Positions 1-12,639 of a stretch of DNA of 64,000 nt are shown piece by piece (position 1 is the first letter of the stretch; each line of letters opens with the position of its first letter). This stretch comes from Camelus ferus (Eukaryota). The notes below the pieces were generated by a model. It saw only the letters and a program-made list of their open reading frames with translations. It was not told where the DNA came from and did no database searches. The position numbers and the translations under genes were made by a program. The DNA is taken from assembly GCF_009834535.1 (NCBI RefSeq), contig NC_045696.1, positions 19,098,001 to 19,162,000 of the forward strand. Direction: 5' to 3'.

Positions 1-103
1 CATTATTTTTTAATCTTTTCCCTTAACAGAGGCCCTGGGAATTGAACCCAAGACCTCGGACACACAAGCACATGCTCTACCACTGAGCTATACCCCCATC
101 CCC
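1..103 (-). mobile_element. tRNA-Ala-derived SINE, Vic-1-like (camelid)
   Basis: Reverse complement reads GGGGATGGGGGTATAGCTCAGTGGTAGAGCATGTGCTT...GAGGTCTTGGGTTCAATTCCCAGGGCCTC followed by an A-rich tail; Pol III A box (80-90) and B box (38-48) are visible. Confidence 0.85.
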
Positions 104-586
104 AGATTTCTTCTTATTTTGATGTGTGGTTTTACTAACCAATATTATGCATTACTTGTGATCAGGATCAACATTGGACGCACATTGAACTTGAATTCTG
201 AAATGGCCGCAGTGGTACATTTCTAATAGAAAAGTGAGATAAAGATAAAAATACAGTCACATGTGTGGGAAATAAGATGATCTTTAATAAATAAGTAAAC
301 ACGTCAGGTAAGTACTGAATCGGGAATAAACGAAAAGGGATTTAATAATAAATATAAGGTGACACGAGTTAGAAACCTTCTTCTTCCTGACCAGCCCAGA
401 TCCATTACAAGTTAGAGGGCTTCACTTAGGGGCTTTTGAGGTTATTTATCAAGAAAACTAGGAAAATAAATTGAGTTGAGTTGGTTAAAATAAAACCAAT
501 AAATAACTATACAGTATTTTTCTTTTCCTAAGAAGCAACCCTGTGGTTTCACTGTCCTCCGAAGACAGACACATTACTTTGCTAAC

Positions 587-1085
587 TGCATTAGTTTCCT
601 ATTGCTGCTGTAAAAATTTACCATGAACTTGGAGACTTAAAACAGTCGAAATTGATTATCTTACAGTTCTGGAGGTTGGAAGTTTTATATGTGTCTGATG
701 GAGCTAAAATCAAGGTGTTGGGTCCTGGCCGGGTCCTTCCAGCAGTGCTAGAGAGAAATCTGTTGGCGAGCGTTTTCCACCTTTCAGAGGCTATCTGCAT
801 CCCTTGGCTCATGCCTCTTCATCTTTTAAACTTCCATCTTCAAATCAAGCAAGGTAGTACCCTTAAGTCTCCCTCTGACTCTGCCCCCCTTGCCTCTCCC
901 TTTCACTTATAAGGACCCTTGTGATTAAACAGAATCTGCATGGGTAATCTAGGATAATCTCCCAATTTTAAGATTCTTAACTTAATCACATGTAAAGTTC
1001 TTTTTGCCACGTAAGGTAACACATTCACAGATTTGGGAAATGAGGCTGTGGACATCTGTGGGAGATTGTTAGTCTGCCTACCACA
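587..1085 (-). mobile_element. MaLR solo LTR, MLT1D-like
   Basis: Begins tgcattagtttcctattgctgctgtaa...cttaaaacag...ttacagttctggaggttggaagt and ends ...tctgcctaccaca, typical antisense MLT1 termini. Confidence 0.85.
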
Positions 1086-1267
1086 TCGCCATTATTTATT
1101 TTGAATTATTCATGTTTTTTTCAGAAATATACATAACCTCAATTAAAAAGCATCCCACTTCAGTGTCCTCTTTCTTCACCGGTCCTTCCAGGACCATAAG
1201 CAGTCAGTATTTACACCTTTTTAGTTTTAAAATAGAATACCAGGTGGCTCCATTCTTGCTAGGCTAT

Positions 1268-1460
1268 AATTCATTTGTTCAAAAATTATTTCAACAATCA
1301 TGTATTGATGGCTTACTTCATGCTACACACAGTGATAAATGAGGATAAACATTGACAAGATAGACTGTGCTTATATTCCAGGGGAGGATGTGGTCAAATA
1401 TGACAGTGTAATTCTATGTAATAGGGCCGTGATGAGTGAAGTTCGGGGAGCTGTGTTTGC
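1268..1460 (-). mobile_element. L2 3' fragment
   Basis: ttcatttgttca...tttcaacaatcatgtattgatggcttact resembles an antisense L2 tail. Confidence 0.5.
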
Positions 1461-2544
1461 TCATATGTGAGAAACCTGACCCAAAATTTGTATGTCATTT
1501 AAGGCTCCTCAAACCTTTCACTTAAAACAATTTGTTCAAAATTTTTCAAAGTAAAAAGATTAAATTGATTCTCTAAATACCTTTAGATATGTAGCTATAT
1601 ACTTATTAATTTGAAAGCTCAAAAGCAGAATTTTCTTCTAATATATCTTTAATCTGTTATGTATTTCACTATTTTAGCCCAGAACTTCAAATAGTTTATA
1701 CTGGAAGAGTTTTCTTTGCTATATTTCTGAGACCTTCTGGATCCATGAAAGTATGTTGCTTTCATTCAAGGCAAGACATTTGACTGGTTGCAGCATATTT
1801 TGGTTGACAATGTGTGATTTTTCCCCTCAGATTTCTGTAGAGGTCCCATTGCCTCCTAACATTTATATCAGAAAGAAAAATCTTAGGTCAGTCGCATTTT
1901 CTTCCTTTTTCATACTTGAATTTTTGTCTGAACATCTGAGTATTTTTAACATTTAAAAATTATGACTTTACTGTTTTCTTCTTTCATGTCTACTATTAAG
2001 TTTATTTTGTAGTAGGAGCATTTTCTGTTACAAAGAGAATCTCTGTTCTGATATGTCTGGAATTTAAATTTTCCATAAGATAGGTCTCCTAGATTCATTT
2101 TCTTCTTCTTGCAGATTTATATTACTTTTTTCATCTATTTTTCTTATTTTTTCATTTTCTTCCTTTAAGTTCATAGGACATCTTTTTAGTTTTTAAAAAA
2201 TGTGATTATATTATTGGCATAAAATTAAATCTAATTTTCACTGTTTCCAAAGTGAATTTATTCATTCTTCATCATTTTTATGCATTTTAGTGTGTTGGAT
2301 ATGCCTTTTATGTTCAACTGACTTTACCTCATTTAAAAAGTTCTCAATAGCATTTGTCAAGGTTTTTCAATGTTTTTGATAGCTTTTTAAATACCACATT
2401 AACATTTTTATGAGCTGAGACACATAGCATATACACTGAATTGTGTTTACTATACATTTCATCTGAAATATCTTGCCCAAATAGTACATTTTTAGGGGAA
2501 AATCAGAAGATCATCAGAACTATGCTAGATATCTTTAACAGCTT

Positions 2545-3630
2545 TATGTCTCACTTGGTTTGAAATCTAAAGTCTTTACCTGGCTTCAAAAGCCTTGACG
2601 ATCTTGTTCTCTCTTAATTCAACAACATCTTTCAACTCTTCTCCTGAAAACCCATCACTTTCTCACTGTGCTCCTGTGACCCTGGCTCCCTACAAAGCCC
2701 GCACCTGCTCAGGGTCTTTGTATTTAACTAATTCTCTACATAGAACACTTCTCTGTCTGATATCTGTGCTTTATGTCCCTATATTTTTCAGTTTTCTGCT
2801 TAAGTTTCACTTCAAGAGGGATCTTCTGACTATCCTGTCTAATCTAGAATTCCTTCTTCCTGACCCTTTAGAATCGTCACTCTCTAGCTGCTTATCTTGT
2901 TTATTTTTGTCAGGCAGTTAGATCAGTGGGGACACCAGACAGATGAGGTAGAAGAGAAGGAGGGTGGCCCAGAAGATGACAGTATGCCCATCTTCAGCAT
3001 AAGAGGCTTTTGAGCACTAGCAAGAAACTGGTTGGGGCTAGACAGCCACACTGTGCGGTAGCAACAAGCACCTAACCGGACACGACCGAGTGCTCACTGT
3101 AATATAACTAGCATTGCGGTGTAGGTCCCCCTATGAGTTTTTCTATGTGCATCATGGGTAAGGACATGTGCAAAAGGGGGCGGGCATGACTAAGCACTCC
3201 AGGGGCAAGAGCCATCAATCAGTCAAGAGACCACATCTAAGCCAGGATATCAGAAAAGGGACAAACACTGGAGCTGCTCTTCTTCCTTGGATCAGCCCAC
3301 CTTCCATCCTTGGAGGCGTACTTTCCCTTTGCTAATAAAATCTAAAATATTTTGTTACACAATGCTTTTGTCTCCTGTCTGAATTCTTCTTTTTTGGGCA
3401 AGACAAGAATTGAGGTCTTCACCTTTTGGGGGTAACATTTTTATTTGGGGCACTTTTCACAGCTTGACATATCATGTACCTTTTACTTTGGTTGTTTATG
3501 CAACCCACAAAAATATGAGCTAGGTATAAAAGCACTCTTATTTTGAACATCTAGTGTTTCTCCAATGTTCAGAACAGTGTCTGACAGACAAGAGTCTCTT
3601 AAGTAATATCTGTGAAATGATTGAATGAAA
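2545..3630 (+). mobile_element. L2 (L2a-like) 3' region, split by an LTR at 2908-3437
   Basis: aaatctaaagtctttacctggc...ctcagggtctttgtatt..., resuming after 3437 and ending ...agaacagtgtctgacag...gtgaaatgattgaatgaa (L2 3' end). Confidence 0.8.
2908..3437 (+). mobile_element. ERV1-class solo LTR (530 bp)
   Basis: TG...CA termini (tgtcaggc...ggtaaca), 4-bp TSD tttt/tttt, AATAAA near 3334, GC-richer than the flanks, U5-like tctcctgtctgaattcttc...agacaagaa. Confidence 0.85.
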
Positions 3631-6484
3631 AAAAAATGCATTTTACTTTGTATTCCTAATATCTAATTACTTTGTTCAGATCAGTATGAAGACAATTTAA
3701 TATTAATTAATTTAATAAAAATATGTGTAAAGAAGTTATTGAAAAATGTATTACTGGGCTAAAGCTGTTCTTTTGTTCTGGGTTAATAAATAAGTTACGA
3801 CTTCCTAGTGCCTCATTGAACTGTCAAAGTGTAATCGTGGTTACAAGAAAATAACAGAAGCTTGTTTAAAATTAAACATTGTGTATTGTATAAATCGAGA
3901 GAGCCGTAATAAATTCCCTATCCTCTATACCACAATATAGCAAAGAGGCACTTTCTAAATCAAAGCTTTTACTATGTAAGTGGTAAAATAAATCAAGCCA
4001 TTAAGCAACACAATGTAAATTATTGAATCTTTGTTGAAGAAAATGTCACTTCAGTTAGAAACCTCCTTTGTAAACATGGCACCATCAGGGTAACTTTTAC
4101 CAACATTAAATACAGACTTTCAGGAGCACTGAGTGGATTTATAAATAGTGTTCCTCTAAAGGAAAATTTCACTTTATAAAAACGACAACACTAAGCAAAG
4201 TAGCAGCTATTCTGTATCACTAGTCGTCTAAAAAAATAATAGAATTTAGATGATGAGCTATTCAAAGTAGAAAGGGTTTTAATGTGACATTTTTATCAAG
4301 AGAAACACACCCAAATATCACAATAAAGAAAACAGGCAATGACAAATCAAATCCTTTCCTCTTGACTATAAGATGAATGCTGGTGAATCATTAATCTTTT
4401 TAAACTGTCTTTTGAAAAGAAATTACATTGTCAAATGCATTGGTTACACTACTTGGTGTTGCACTGATGCAGTATTAATACACCACACATTGAGTTCTCT
4501 CTTCACCCCAGCAACTTTAATTGCTGCTGCTCATTTTCCTACTGTGGCTGAAACTGTTATCCTGATGAAGGTGTTACAATATGAAAGGAATATTTTCATA
4601 TAGAAATGACAAACTGCCCCAATATATCACAGTACAACTACTTTATTCTAAAATAGGGTAGTTAAGGCCATAAAGAAAGTCTTGCTTCTGCTAAACAAAA
4701 GAGCCTCAATGGCATTAACTGTGCAGTTGGAAGATCACAGAAGTGAATATTCCCAAGGGACATTTTAATGACTAAAAAAAAAAGGCGGGGGATCATTCAC
4801 TTCTTAAAGACTGTAATATGAGTTCAAAATGCGTCCTTACAATTGTCAAGGTCAATGCATTTCCCCTCCATAAGTTTATTTGTTAGATAATGCAAGTCAA
4901 GAATACAAAGTTGTATTTGCACATGCTTTTCTTTTAATACATCTCAATATAGTAGTTATTTTCTGTACATCTACTCACTTGTTTCTTCAAATGTCATTTG
5001 CCAAAATGAAAAATAAAAGTTGTCATTAGTTGCATTACTACTTTTGCTTTATCTATCTGTGTGATTTCCTTAGCCAGTAAGATACAGAGGCTTAACATGG
5101 TAAACTAAAAGAAGTGCCTGAGTGTTTATTACGTTTCTCTTATAGTCAATCAGATTTTTTGATTAATTTCACCTTGCATTAATGTCAAATACAGCAACAT
5201 AAAAATCAAATTGTGTGTAATGTTATCTAATACTCCACCTATGTATAGACTGTCTCATTCCACAAAGATTGTGAGCATGCTACGGACAAGAACAGAGACC
5301 AAAAAAAAAAAAAAAAGGAAACTTATGAGTAGAAATACACCACTAGTACAAGGGAAAATTTAAGTACAGAAAGTTAAAGATTCGAGAAAAACACATGTAT
5401 AAGATTAGAGAATCAGTCAAATAAATCCTCTTTGACTTTTAGCTTCCTGAAAGCTTAAGTGAAATGGAGACGTGATCATTTCACTGGTTTCAGTAAAAAG
5501 AGAAGAATACAGAGTATTTTAAGAAAAGCCAATAATGAACCTATTGCAAAAATCTCAAAACACTATTCCCACAGTGTACGGTGACAATGAGGAGTGCGTT
5601 GAGCACTGACATGTGCTCAAAGTCAGGCATGGATTTCATTTGAATTTAATATAATTTTTGATCACATAAAAATTATTGCAAAGCTATTTTGAGAGAGCAG
5701 ATGATAATATTGTTTTAGTAAATTGCTTTTGTGTGAAGAAAATTCTTACAGTACCTGTTAGATAGGGACAGACTCCCTTATTGCAAAAGATTCTTGATTA
5801 ACATCCTACCTGGACTTATTTTTATGCTTCTTAAGAAACTGAATAGGAAATAGCTTTTCAGAAGCCCACTCAGAACTGGGGCCTAGGAGGAGCGCTGGGG
5901 CTGTTTGACTGAAGATACACCTTCAGACAAAGTGAGGATTCTTTTTTCTCAAAAAGAAAATGTGGACCTAATAGAGCATATGAATGATTGATTAAGTAAA
6001 AACCTAAAATTACGAACCATACAGGATGTTTGGGATAATTTTACCTTGACCATTTTCAAAATTCATGTCATAACCAGCTGCTTACCTTGGCATAAGAGTG
6101 AACAAGATCAATAATCCTTCCATGGAAATTTAATTTTATGCAACATTGTTCTTAACGATTCCTGGGGAAAAAAAACAAAACAAAACTAGTTGCAAAATAC
6201 ATCCAATAAGTAAGTGAAAAATTTGACCTGCTATGTACAGTCACTAGCAAAAACAGTATATATGGAAAGTATATTAAAAAGGAGGTATCAGTTTTGTGTA
6301 GTTAATAATTTCATATAGTTAATAACTTTATATGGTTTTGTTGACATTACCTATTTTAACTGATAGCTGACTGTATTAACTCCTTGTTAATGACTAGTAC
6401 AATACATGGGGTTTACATATCTTGGTTGTCTATAATGAACAGGAATACTTTCTGAGAGCAACGTGCTGGTAATTACTCTGTGGA

Positions 6485-6835
6485 GGGGACTGGTAAACTC
6501 TAATTTGTACGGTTGCCAATTTCATGGTGTAAATACTACCACTCTAGCCAGTGTCAACCTACCAATGTGATGTCGTTGAAAGTGGAGTTGGGAAGAGACA
6601 TTCAGTAGCACTCTTTTCTGTAGTATTTTCACCATATGATCTATTTTTAAAAATCGGAAGGGTTAAATACGCATAAAATGTGATCAAATAATTAGGAAGT
6701 GATGAGTTTTGAGCATTTATTTATTTGTACATTTACATTGTTTAATTTTTAACAGTAACTGTGTTTAAGAACCTGTTTGCAAATTTCCTGGAAATTTAAT
6801 AATTTTGTCATCTGAGTTTGGAGGAACAGGTCTTA
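6485..6835. mobile_element. MER63-like hAT-Blackjack non-autonomous DNA transposon
   Basis: Diagnostic ttgccaatttcatggtgtaaatactaccac...caacctaccaatgtgatgtcgttgaaagtggagttgggaagaga and aattaggaagtgatgagttttgag. Confidence 0.75.
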
Positions 6836-7364
6836 GCATGCCTTAGACCATTTAAAAGCAATAGAATATAATTAAAGAGGTAATTTTAATAAGAGGGAGG
6901 ATGCACAGGTCAAAAAAAAAAAAAATAGGGCAACATATATTGACTCTTGACTTCACTTAAGGAGAACTGCCAGGCACATTCCTCCATTACTTTTAAGAGT
7001 TTCTAGAACCCACATGCTACTTCATGAAACTAACACTCACCAATTATGCATGCAGAAAATAGAGGAACTGAAGATCAGGGTTAAGAGTTGTACATCTAAA
7101 TCGTGCAGTACTAGTTCTCCTACAACCTCAGCAACCTTGGACCAATAGATATGTGGGGCAAGCCAACCCGACATTGAAGGGGAGACAGACACCAAGCAGG
7201 GGAATAATTTGCCAGCATCCCCTTCTCGACGGGAACTCTATTTTCACAATCCCTTGCACTGAAGGCATAGAAAAGAGCTCACATGTTCGCCCTCACCCTA
7301 GAGATAACTGCAGGAGCACTAATTAGGCAAAGCAGCAGTTGTCTCTCCACTCATCTTTCCTCTC

Positions 7365-7470
7365 TGCTATAGAATTCATATGTTGAAATCCTGATCCCCA
7401 GGGGGATGGTATTTGGAGGTAGGAACTTTGGAAGGTAATTAGGTCATGAGGGAGTTCGTGCCCTTATCAA
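7365..7470 (+). mobile_element. MLT1A/B LTR 5' fragment
   Basis: aattcatatgttgaaatcctgatcccca...gatggtatttggaggtagg...tttggaaggtaattaggtcatgaggg. Confidence 0.75.
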
Positions 7471-8469
7471 AGGGCTACACACTAAAGGACCAGTGATGCT
7501 CTCCAATATTTGAGACAACTGGAGACAGCTCTAAAAATTGGAATTTTTTCCCTACTAGTAGTGTAGTAGCAGTACATCCACTAAAAACCACTGGTGGTGA
7601 GCATTTAAAGGAAATCAAGGTACCTGGGCGGTGGTCCAAGCTTATTAAATAGCAATAAGAGCCTCAGTTAACCTCTTACCTGAAAGATAGTTCCTGGTGT
7701 TCAAATTATGATTTTTGATAACCTCTAATTAATGAAAATTAGAGTATCAACGAATTGTAACAAGCTTCTGCTTCCTCCTAGTAACTCTCAAATTTATTAA
7801 ATTAAAATTTGCATATGAATATCATTCAACAAAAACTTCATTTCATCATCCATGTAATACTTTTATTAAAGACAGCTGTGATACGTGATGGTGATTGTGT
7901 TCCTACAAATATGTTGAGGCTATAAACCACTTGGAGCCAAAAAACACATAGGAACTGATTTCTATAAGTAAATTAGATTTTGAGTGTAAAGTTTCTGTCC
8001 ATGTGACTGCTCACCCGCTTAACAAATGACAACTTGCCATATGCTAATTGCTGCCTTGGTTAATTCAGCTCACATAGATATGCTGTTAACTCCCTAAGGA
8101 AACGAGAGAAGTACAGGACATAATTGCATCTTAAAAATATAAGTATAACTTTCTGTATCATTCTAAGCTTCTTGGAAGCTTACAAAGCAAAACATGTAAT
8201 TCGCAATAGCTTTTAAAGCAATGGTGCTTTCCGAACAGGCAGTTACATTCTAGTAATATTTTCCAATGCTTCACATAAATTAAAAAGTAAACAAGCTGTT
8301 TTCTTCATCATGGAATATAAATCAAGGGCATCATGGAATAAAAATTAAGAGATTATGTAAGTTAAAGAAACACAAGTGTCTGAGTAAGATAAATTCTGGA
8401 GTGTCGTATAGATATGTTCCCCATAATAAAAGTTTGTTTTTCACTTACTTGATGTTCAAAAATGATATT

Positions 8470-8730
8470 CCTGGTCAGAGCCCAGGACAGTCAGAGGTGG
8501 GGTTGTGCTCTGCTCTAGGGTCACTCAGGAACCATGTCTTCACCACTGTTTCTGGCATCCTACTGGTGGTGATTTCAAGCCAGCAGAAGTAAAAGGGAAT
8601 GAAAAGGCATACCTATTTCCCTGATAAGGTTGGACTTGAAGTGACACCCTTGATTCAGTTTGTATTCCATGGTTAAGACCCAGTCACTTGGGCATCCCTG
8701 ACTGCAAGAGAGGCTGGGGAATGCAGTTTA
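8470..8730 (-). mobile_element. Old MaLR LTR fragment (MLT1J/K-like)
   Basis: gaagtgacac...attccatggttaagacccagtcacttggg...actgcaagagaggctggggaatgcagtt. Confidence 0.6.
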
Positions 8731-8737
8731 CATGAGA

Positions 8738-9148
8738 TGAGACAGAAGGTGATGGACCGCACCCCACAGGCACACAAGGTCTTTACCTACCCAGCTTCAG
8801 GACCGAAGAAAGAGCCCAGAGTCAGTGCCAGAGACATCAATGGTTTAATGGATGGGGGAGCTTACACGTCTGAAGCAAGATCCTGGTGCAGTGCCCCACT
8901 GTGTGCTGTGGACAGCAGGCAGAGACAGGCGGGTGGAGGTTAGCAGTTATTGATTGGCTCATTTGTTACCAGGGAAGCCGGCAGAGGGGCTCACCCCTCA
9001 CAGCCCCTTTGATAAGAACAATCCTTAACTAGGGCAAGTATGTAGGAAGGTCAGTCATGTGAATAGGGTGGAGGTGAAGCAGGCACTGGGGGAGCAGGGG
9101 ATGCACAGAGAGCAAGAGAACAGCCACCTCGAGTGGCCTGATGATAGA
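8738..9148 (-). mobile_element. ERV1-like solo LTR
   Basis: Abrupt GC-rich block. Its minus-strand 5' end reads ...TCAGGCCACTCGAGGTGGCTGTTCTCTTGCTCTC; ATTAAA poly(A) signal on minus (tttaat ~8844) and a CCAAT (attgg ~8953). Confidence 0.7.
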
Positions 9149-9449
9149 GAAGGAGAGGCAGAGAGAGAGGAAGGGGAACAAGGAAGAAAGGAGGGAAGCG
9201 ACGGAGGCAAGAAGGAAGAAAAATTAGTTTTGGAGATTATAATGCATTCTCTGCTATTTTCTTGTGTGTTTCAACAAAGAAACACAAAAAACACAGCTAT
9301 AAGCAATAGAGGAATTTAAAGGAGTTTTAATCAGAGAAGGGACAAGATCAGTTTTGCATTTTAGGCAGCTCAGTCTGGCACCCGAGTGTAGGAAGAAATT
9401 TAGGGGTGGCACATTTCTGGAAAACTGTATTTTCAGCCATCAATTAACA

Positions 9450-9740
9450 GAAAGCAAATTAATCAAACCCAAGGAGAGGGTCACGGGAACCTCTGATTTA
9501 TAGCTATTTATAGCCATTTAGTCAGAAGCCCATGTGACAACCTGGATTTGGGATTAGCCTCTATTGTGGGGACAGGGGTGGTCCTGTAAGACTGAATCCT
9601 TAAACAATGGGTGGAATCCGATGCTACTTCTAGGGAGACAGATAGTGTTAAACTGTAGGACACACAGCTGATATCCTGAAAATTGCCTGTTGGTGCTCTC
9701 CACCCCCACGCACCGTATTGGAATTTCTGGAATCAGAATC
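9450..9740 (+). mobile_element. MER21-like (ERVL) LTR 3' half
   Basis: agcaaattaatcaaacccaaggagagggtcacgggaacctctgatttatagc...gtcagaagc...tgtgacaacctgga...gatagtgtt...taggacacacagctg. Confidence 0.8.
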
Positions 9741-10139
9741 CTTTCACTCTGACTTGTTTGCACGTTCCTCAAAAAGTCCAGCTGCCCTAACTCATCCTGT
9801 ATGACTCTTCTCAGAGATTCACTAAAATAGTAAAATTGGAAGGGATCTGCTGGCTTAACAGGTTAAAATTTTCTCATTTATCTAAGGCTTAGAGAGTTGG
9901 TACTTGACAGACAAAAAATCAGTAGCAAATTTTGGTGGTAGCAAATACACATAAGAAATATAGTTTAGCCATCTGAATGACCATATGTATATATATTTTA
10001 TAAATCACAATGTCACACAGTAACTGAAATGAATGGTAGCAAAATTTATGATGGTCAGTACAATCTGAGGTGGAGGGTTTGAGAAATAAATATTTGATTT
10101 GCTTTTAAAATATATAAAAGCCAGGAAGAAAGGAAATAC

Positions 10140-10335
10140 ATGAATCAAGTGACCTGAGGCAAGTTGTTAACAGAATGTCTTGTCAGAGTCCTCCTCTGTA
10201 AAACGGGGATGAAAACAACACTTACCAGAGTCGTTGTTTTGATTAAATTAGATCCTCTATGGAAAGCAATTTAGCGTATTTCCTAGTATATAGTAAGTAT
10301 ATAGTCAATAAAGGCTAATTACTGTCTTTATTATA
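10140..10335 (+). mobile_element. MIR SINE
   Basis: gtgacctgaggcaagttgttaac...ctcctctgtaaaacggggatgaaaac...gattaaattagat (MIR core). Confidence 0.8.
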
Positions 10336-10476
10336 AATTAATTACATCCGACCTCCATGTTCACCAGGCCTAAAGGCAAGGTAGTGTGTGTTTCGCTCCT
10401 CCTGGCTACTTCCAGACCGATCTTCTTTCCTCTTCCCAAAATTCCCGGTTTTAGAGCCCATGGCAGTACACCATAT

Positions 10477-10655
10477 CAGTGTCCTCAATTTTAATGTGCC
10501 TCAGAATCACCTGGAAGACTTGTTAAAATAGCGATTGTTGAGCCTACCCTGAATTTTTTTATCGGTAAACTGGATGCACCCAGAATATTGCATTTCTAAT
10601 CTGGTCCCAATGGCGCTATGCTGCAAGTCCGGGGACCACACTTTGACAATCGCGG
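10477..10655. mobile_element. MER5A hAT-Charlie MITE
   Basis: cagtgtcctcaa...tcagaatcacctggaagacttgttaaaa...tgcatttctaa...ggggaccacactttga. Confidence 0.85.
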
Positions 10656-10664
10656 CCCTATAGC

Positions 10665-12100
10665 ATGCGCAATCTCTCATCATTACCAACAGTCACGAAG
10701 CTCTAGGTCTTTCTTCATTGCCTAAGGGTTTTAGTTCCTGGCTCACATTCAGTCCCGTCAAAATGTATATGTGATATAATCCTTAGTAGTTTCAATAACC
10801 ACATAGATAGTCTTTGCAACTCTCTGGTCTTGGAGCTTGAACAACTGCTCTTTCAATAATTTTTTTTTCCACCGTACCCCAAACTTTCACTTGTATGACC
10901 CTGCACAAGAACATGTCACTAGCAATGTCTGCCACATCTCCGTTTTCTCAATTTCATGCATCCCCCTCACAGATCAATACTTCTCGTATTTTCAGCTCCT
11001 TCTCGCTAATGCTCTAACCTTTTTTGGGACCTACATTCCACTGATGCCACACTTTTAAACTGCCTGCCATTTCTGTCATTTACTCATTTGCTTCTTATCC
11101 AGGTTAATACTGTAGTCAGTTATGATTGTATCAACTGTCAATTTCATTGCTTCTCTTTTCTTGAATCATACTCTCCTGGAAAATTCAAAGAGGATTAAAT
11201 ATGACACACATTTGCAGCCCTGGACACAAATGAAAAGAAAACACAGACATACTGACTGCTGCATTTTAAATTCATGACCCCCAACCTGAAAAGTGCCCTT
11301 CATATTGGTTGTCAATCAAATTACCTTTTCTGATTCAATTTACTCTCTGAATGATTAATTCATACTTTCCCCTCTCTCATGTAATCCCTGCTCTCCTCTC
11401 CCCATTCTTAGCAGTCTTTCTTATTTTACTTTTCCATCACCAGAAGCTACCCAAGCTACCACCTACCCTTCCGTGCTCCTGGCAGAATCTACCCATATAA
11501 CCTGCCCTTGTGATCCATGAACTGTCAGTTCTACCCAAAGCCAGCATGAGAACTCGGTACTCTCACCTACTCCAGGACAACCCTAGCAATTTGCCTGTAC
11601 TTCTCCTGATTATTAATATGTCCTCTCTACTGGCTTCTTTACTTCAGCACGTAAACATGTTTTCCTCTCTCCTGTTTTAAAGCAAACAGAAAACCTCTCT
11701 CATGATCACTGTTTCCCTCCTGCTATGTTATTTCTCTGTTCCTTTTACTTCAAGATTTATCTAAAGTGTTGTCTTTACTAGCTGCTTCTAATCCTCTCCA
11801 TCAATCTTTTCTAAAACTCTTTAGTTAGACTTTTACTCACACCTTTCCATCAAACCTGTGCTCAGTAATGGTAATGATGATCTCCACTTCATTACTGCAA
11901 TGGCCAGTTTTCAGTTTTCAGGCCCTACCAAAAACATATAAAAAGGTCATCAAAATTTTACTTGGCTTGTAGAACACTGTTCTTCATTGGTTTCCCTGCT
12001 ACGTCTCCAGCAGCTAATTGTCAGTTCCCTTTGGTGGTTTTGTCTTATCTACTTAACATCTAAATATCTGTTTAATTCTGTTACATCACCAACATCTAAG
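10665..12100 (+). mobile_element. L2 internal (ORF2-derived) fragment
   Basis: Long pyrimidine-rich stretch with L2 motifs (ttttaaattcatgacccccaacct, ctctctactggcttctttacttcagcacgtaaacatg, aatgatgatctccac...aatggccagttttcagt). Confidence 0.7.
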
Positions 12101-12129
12101 AGAGGCAGTTAAAATTATTTTATTTGGCA

Positions 12130-12370
12130 GAGGATCAGTGTATGGTTCACACTCTAAAGCCAGACTTGGATGGAATTGGATCATGCCTATGTTGGTTAAT
12201 GGCTATTTGATTGAAACTATTTAGTCTTTCTATAATACAGTTTCCTTATTTGTCAACACGTATGGACATAATAAGAATTTGGTAATATTCTCATAAAGAT
12301 TAAATGAGATAATATAGAAAAAGGATTTAGTACATTAGCTATCAGTAACAAATTTGTTTTAATTATTATC
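12130..12370 (+). mobile_element. MIR SINE
   Basis: actctaaagccagac...cagtttccttatttgtcaa...aagattaaatgagataatata. Confidence 0.65.
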
Positions 12371-12394
12371 CCCCCAAAAAAGTTTATTAGGTAG

Positions 12395-12525
12395 CTATTA
12401 TTGCTTCTATTTTTCAGATGAAGAAATCTAGATTCCAAACGTGATTGTACAGATTTACAGCTAGTAAGGGTCATTTTATTTTTGAATTCAGATCTATGTG
12501 ATTTCAAAGCCTATGGTCTTGCCAC
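12395..12525 (-). mobile_element. MIR SINE fragment
   Basis: ctatttttcagatgaagaaatctaga...acagctagtaag...tttgaattcagatctatgtgatttcaaagcc. Confidence 0.7.
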
Positions 12526-12531
12526 ATACAG

Positions 12532-12557
12532 TAATGATAATAATAATAATAATAATG

Positions 12558-12592
<35 letters not shown>
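12532..12592. repeat. (TAA)n trinucleotide microsatellite, ~20 units with two TGA interruptions
   Basis: Directly visible. Confidence 0.97.
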
Positions 12593-12639
12593 CACTTTGT
12601 CAGCACTTTATATGCACTAAGTGCTTAAATTAATTCTCT

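Noticed and set aside
28..103. Functional tRNA-Ala gene
   Set aside because: The anticodon arm is degenerate, the acceptor stem does not pair cleanly and an A-rich tail follows; this is a SINE.
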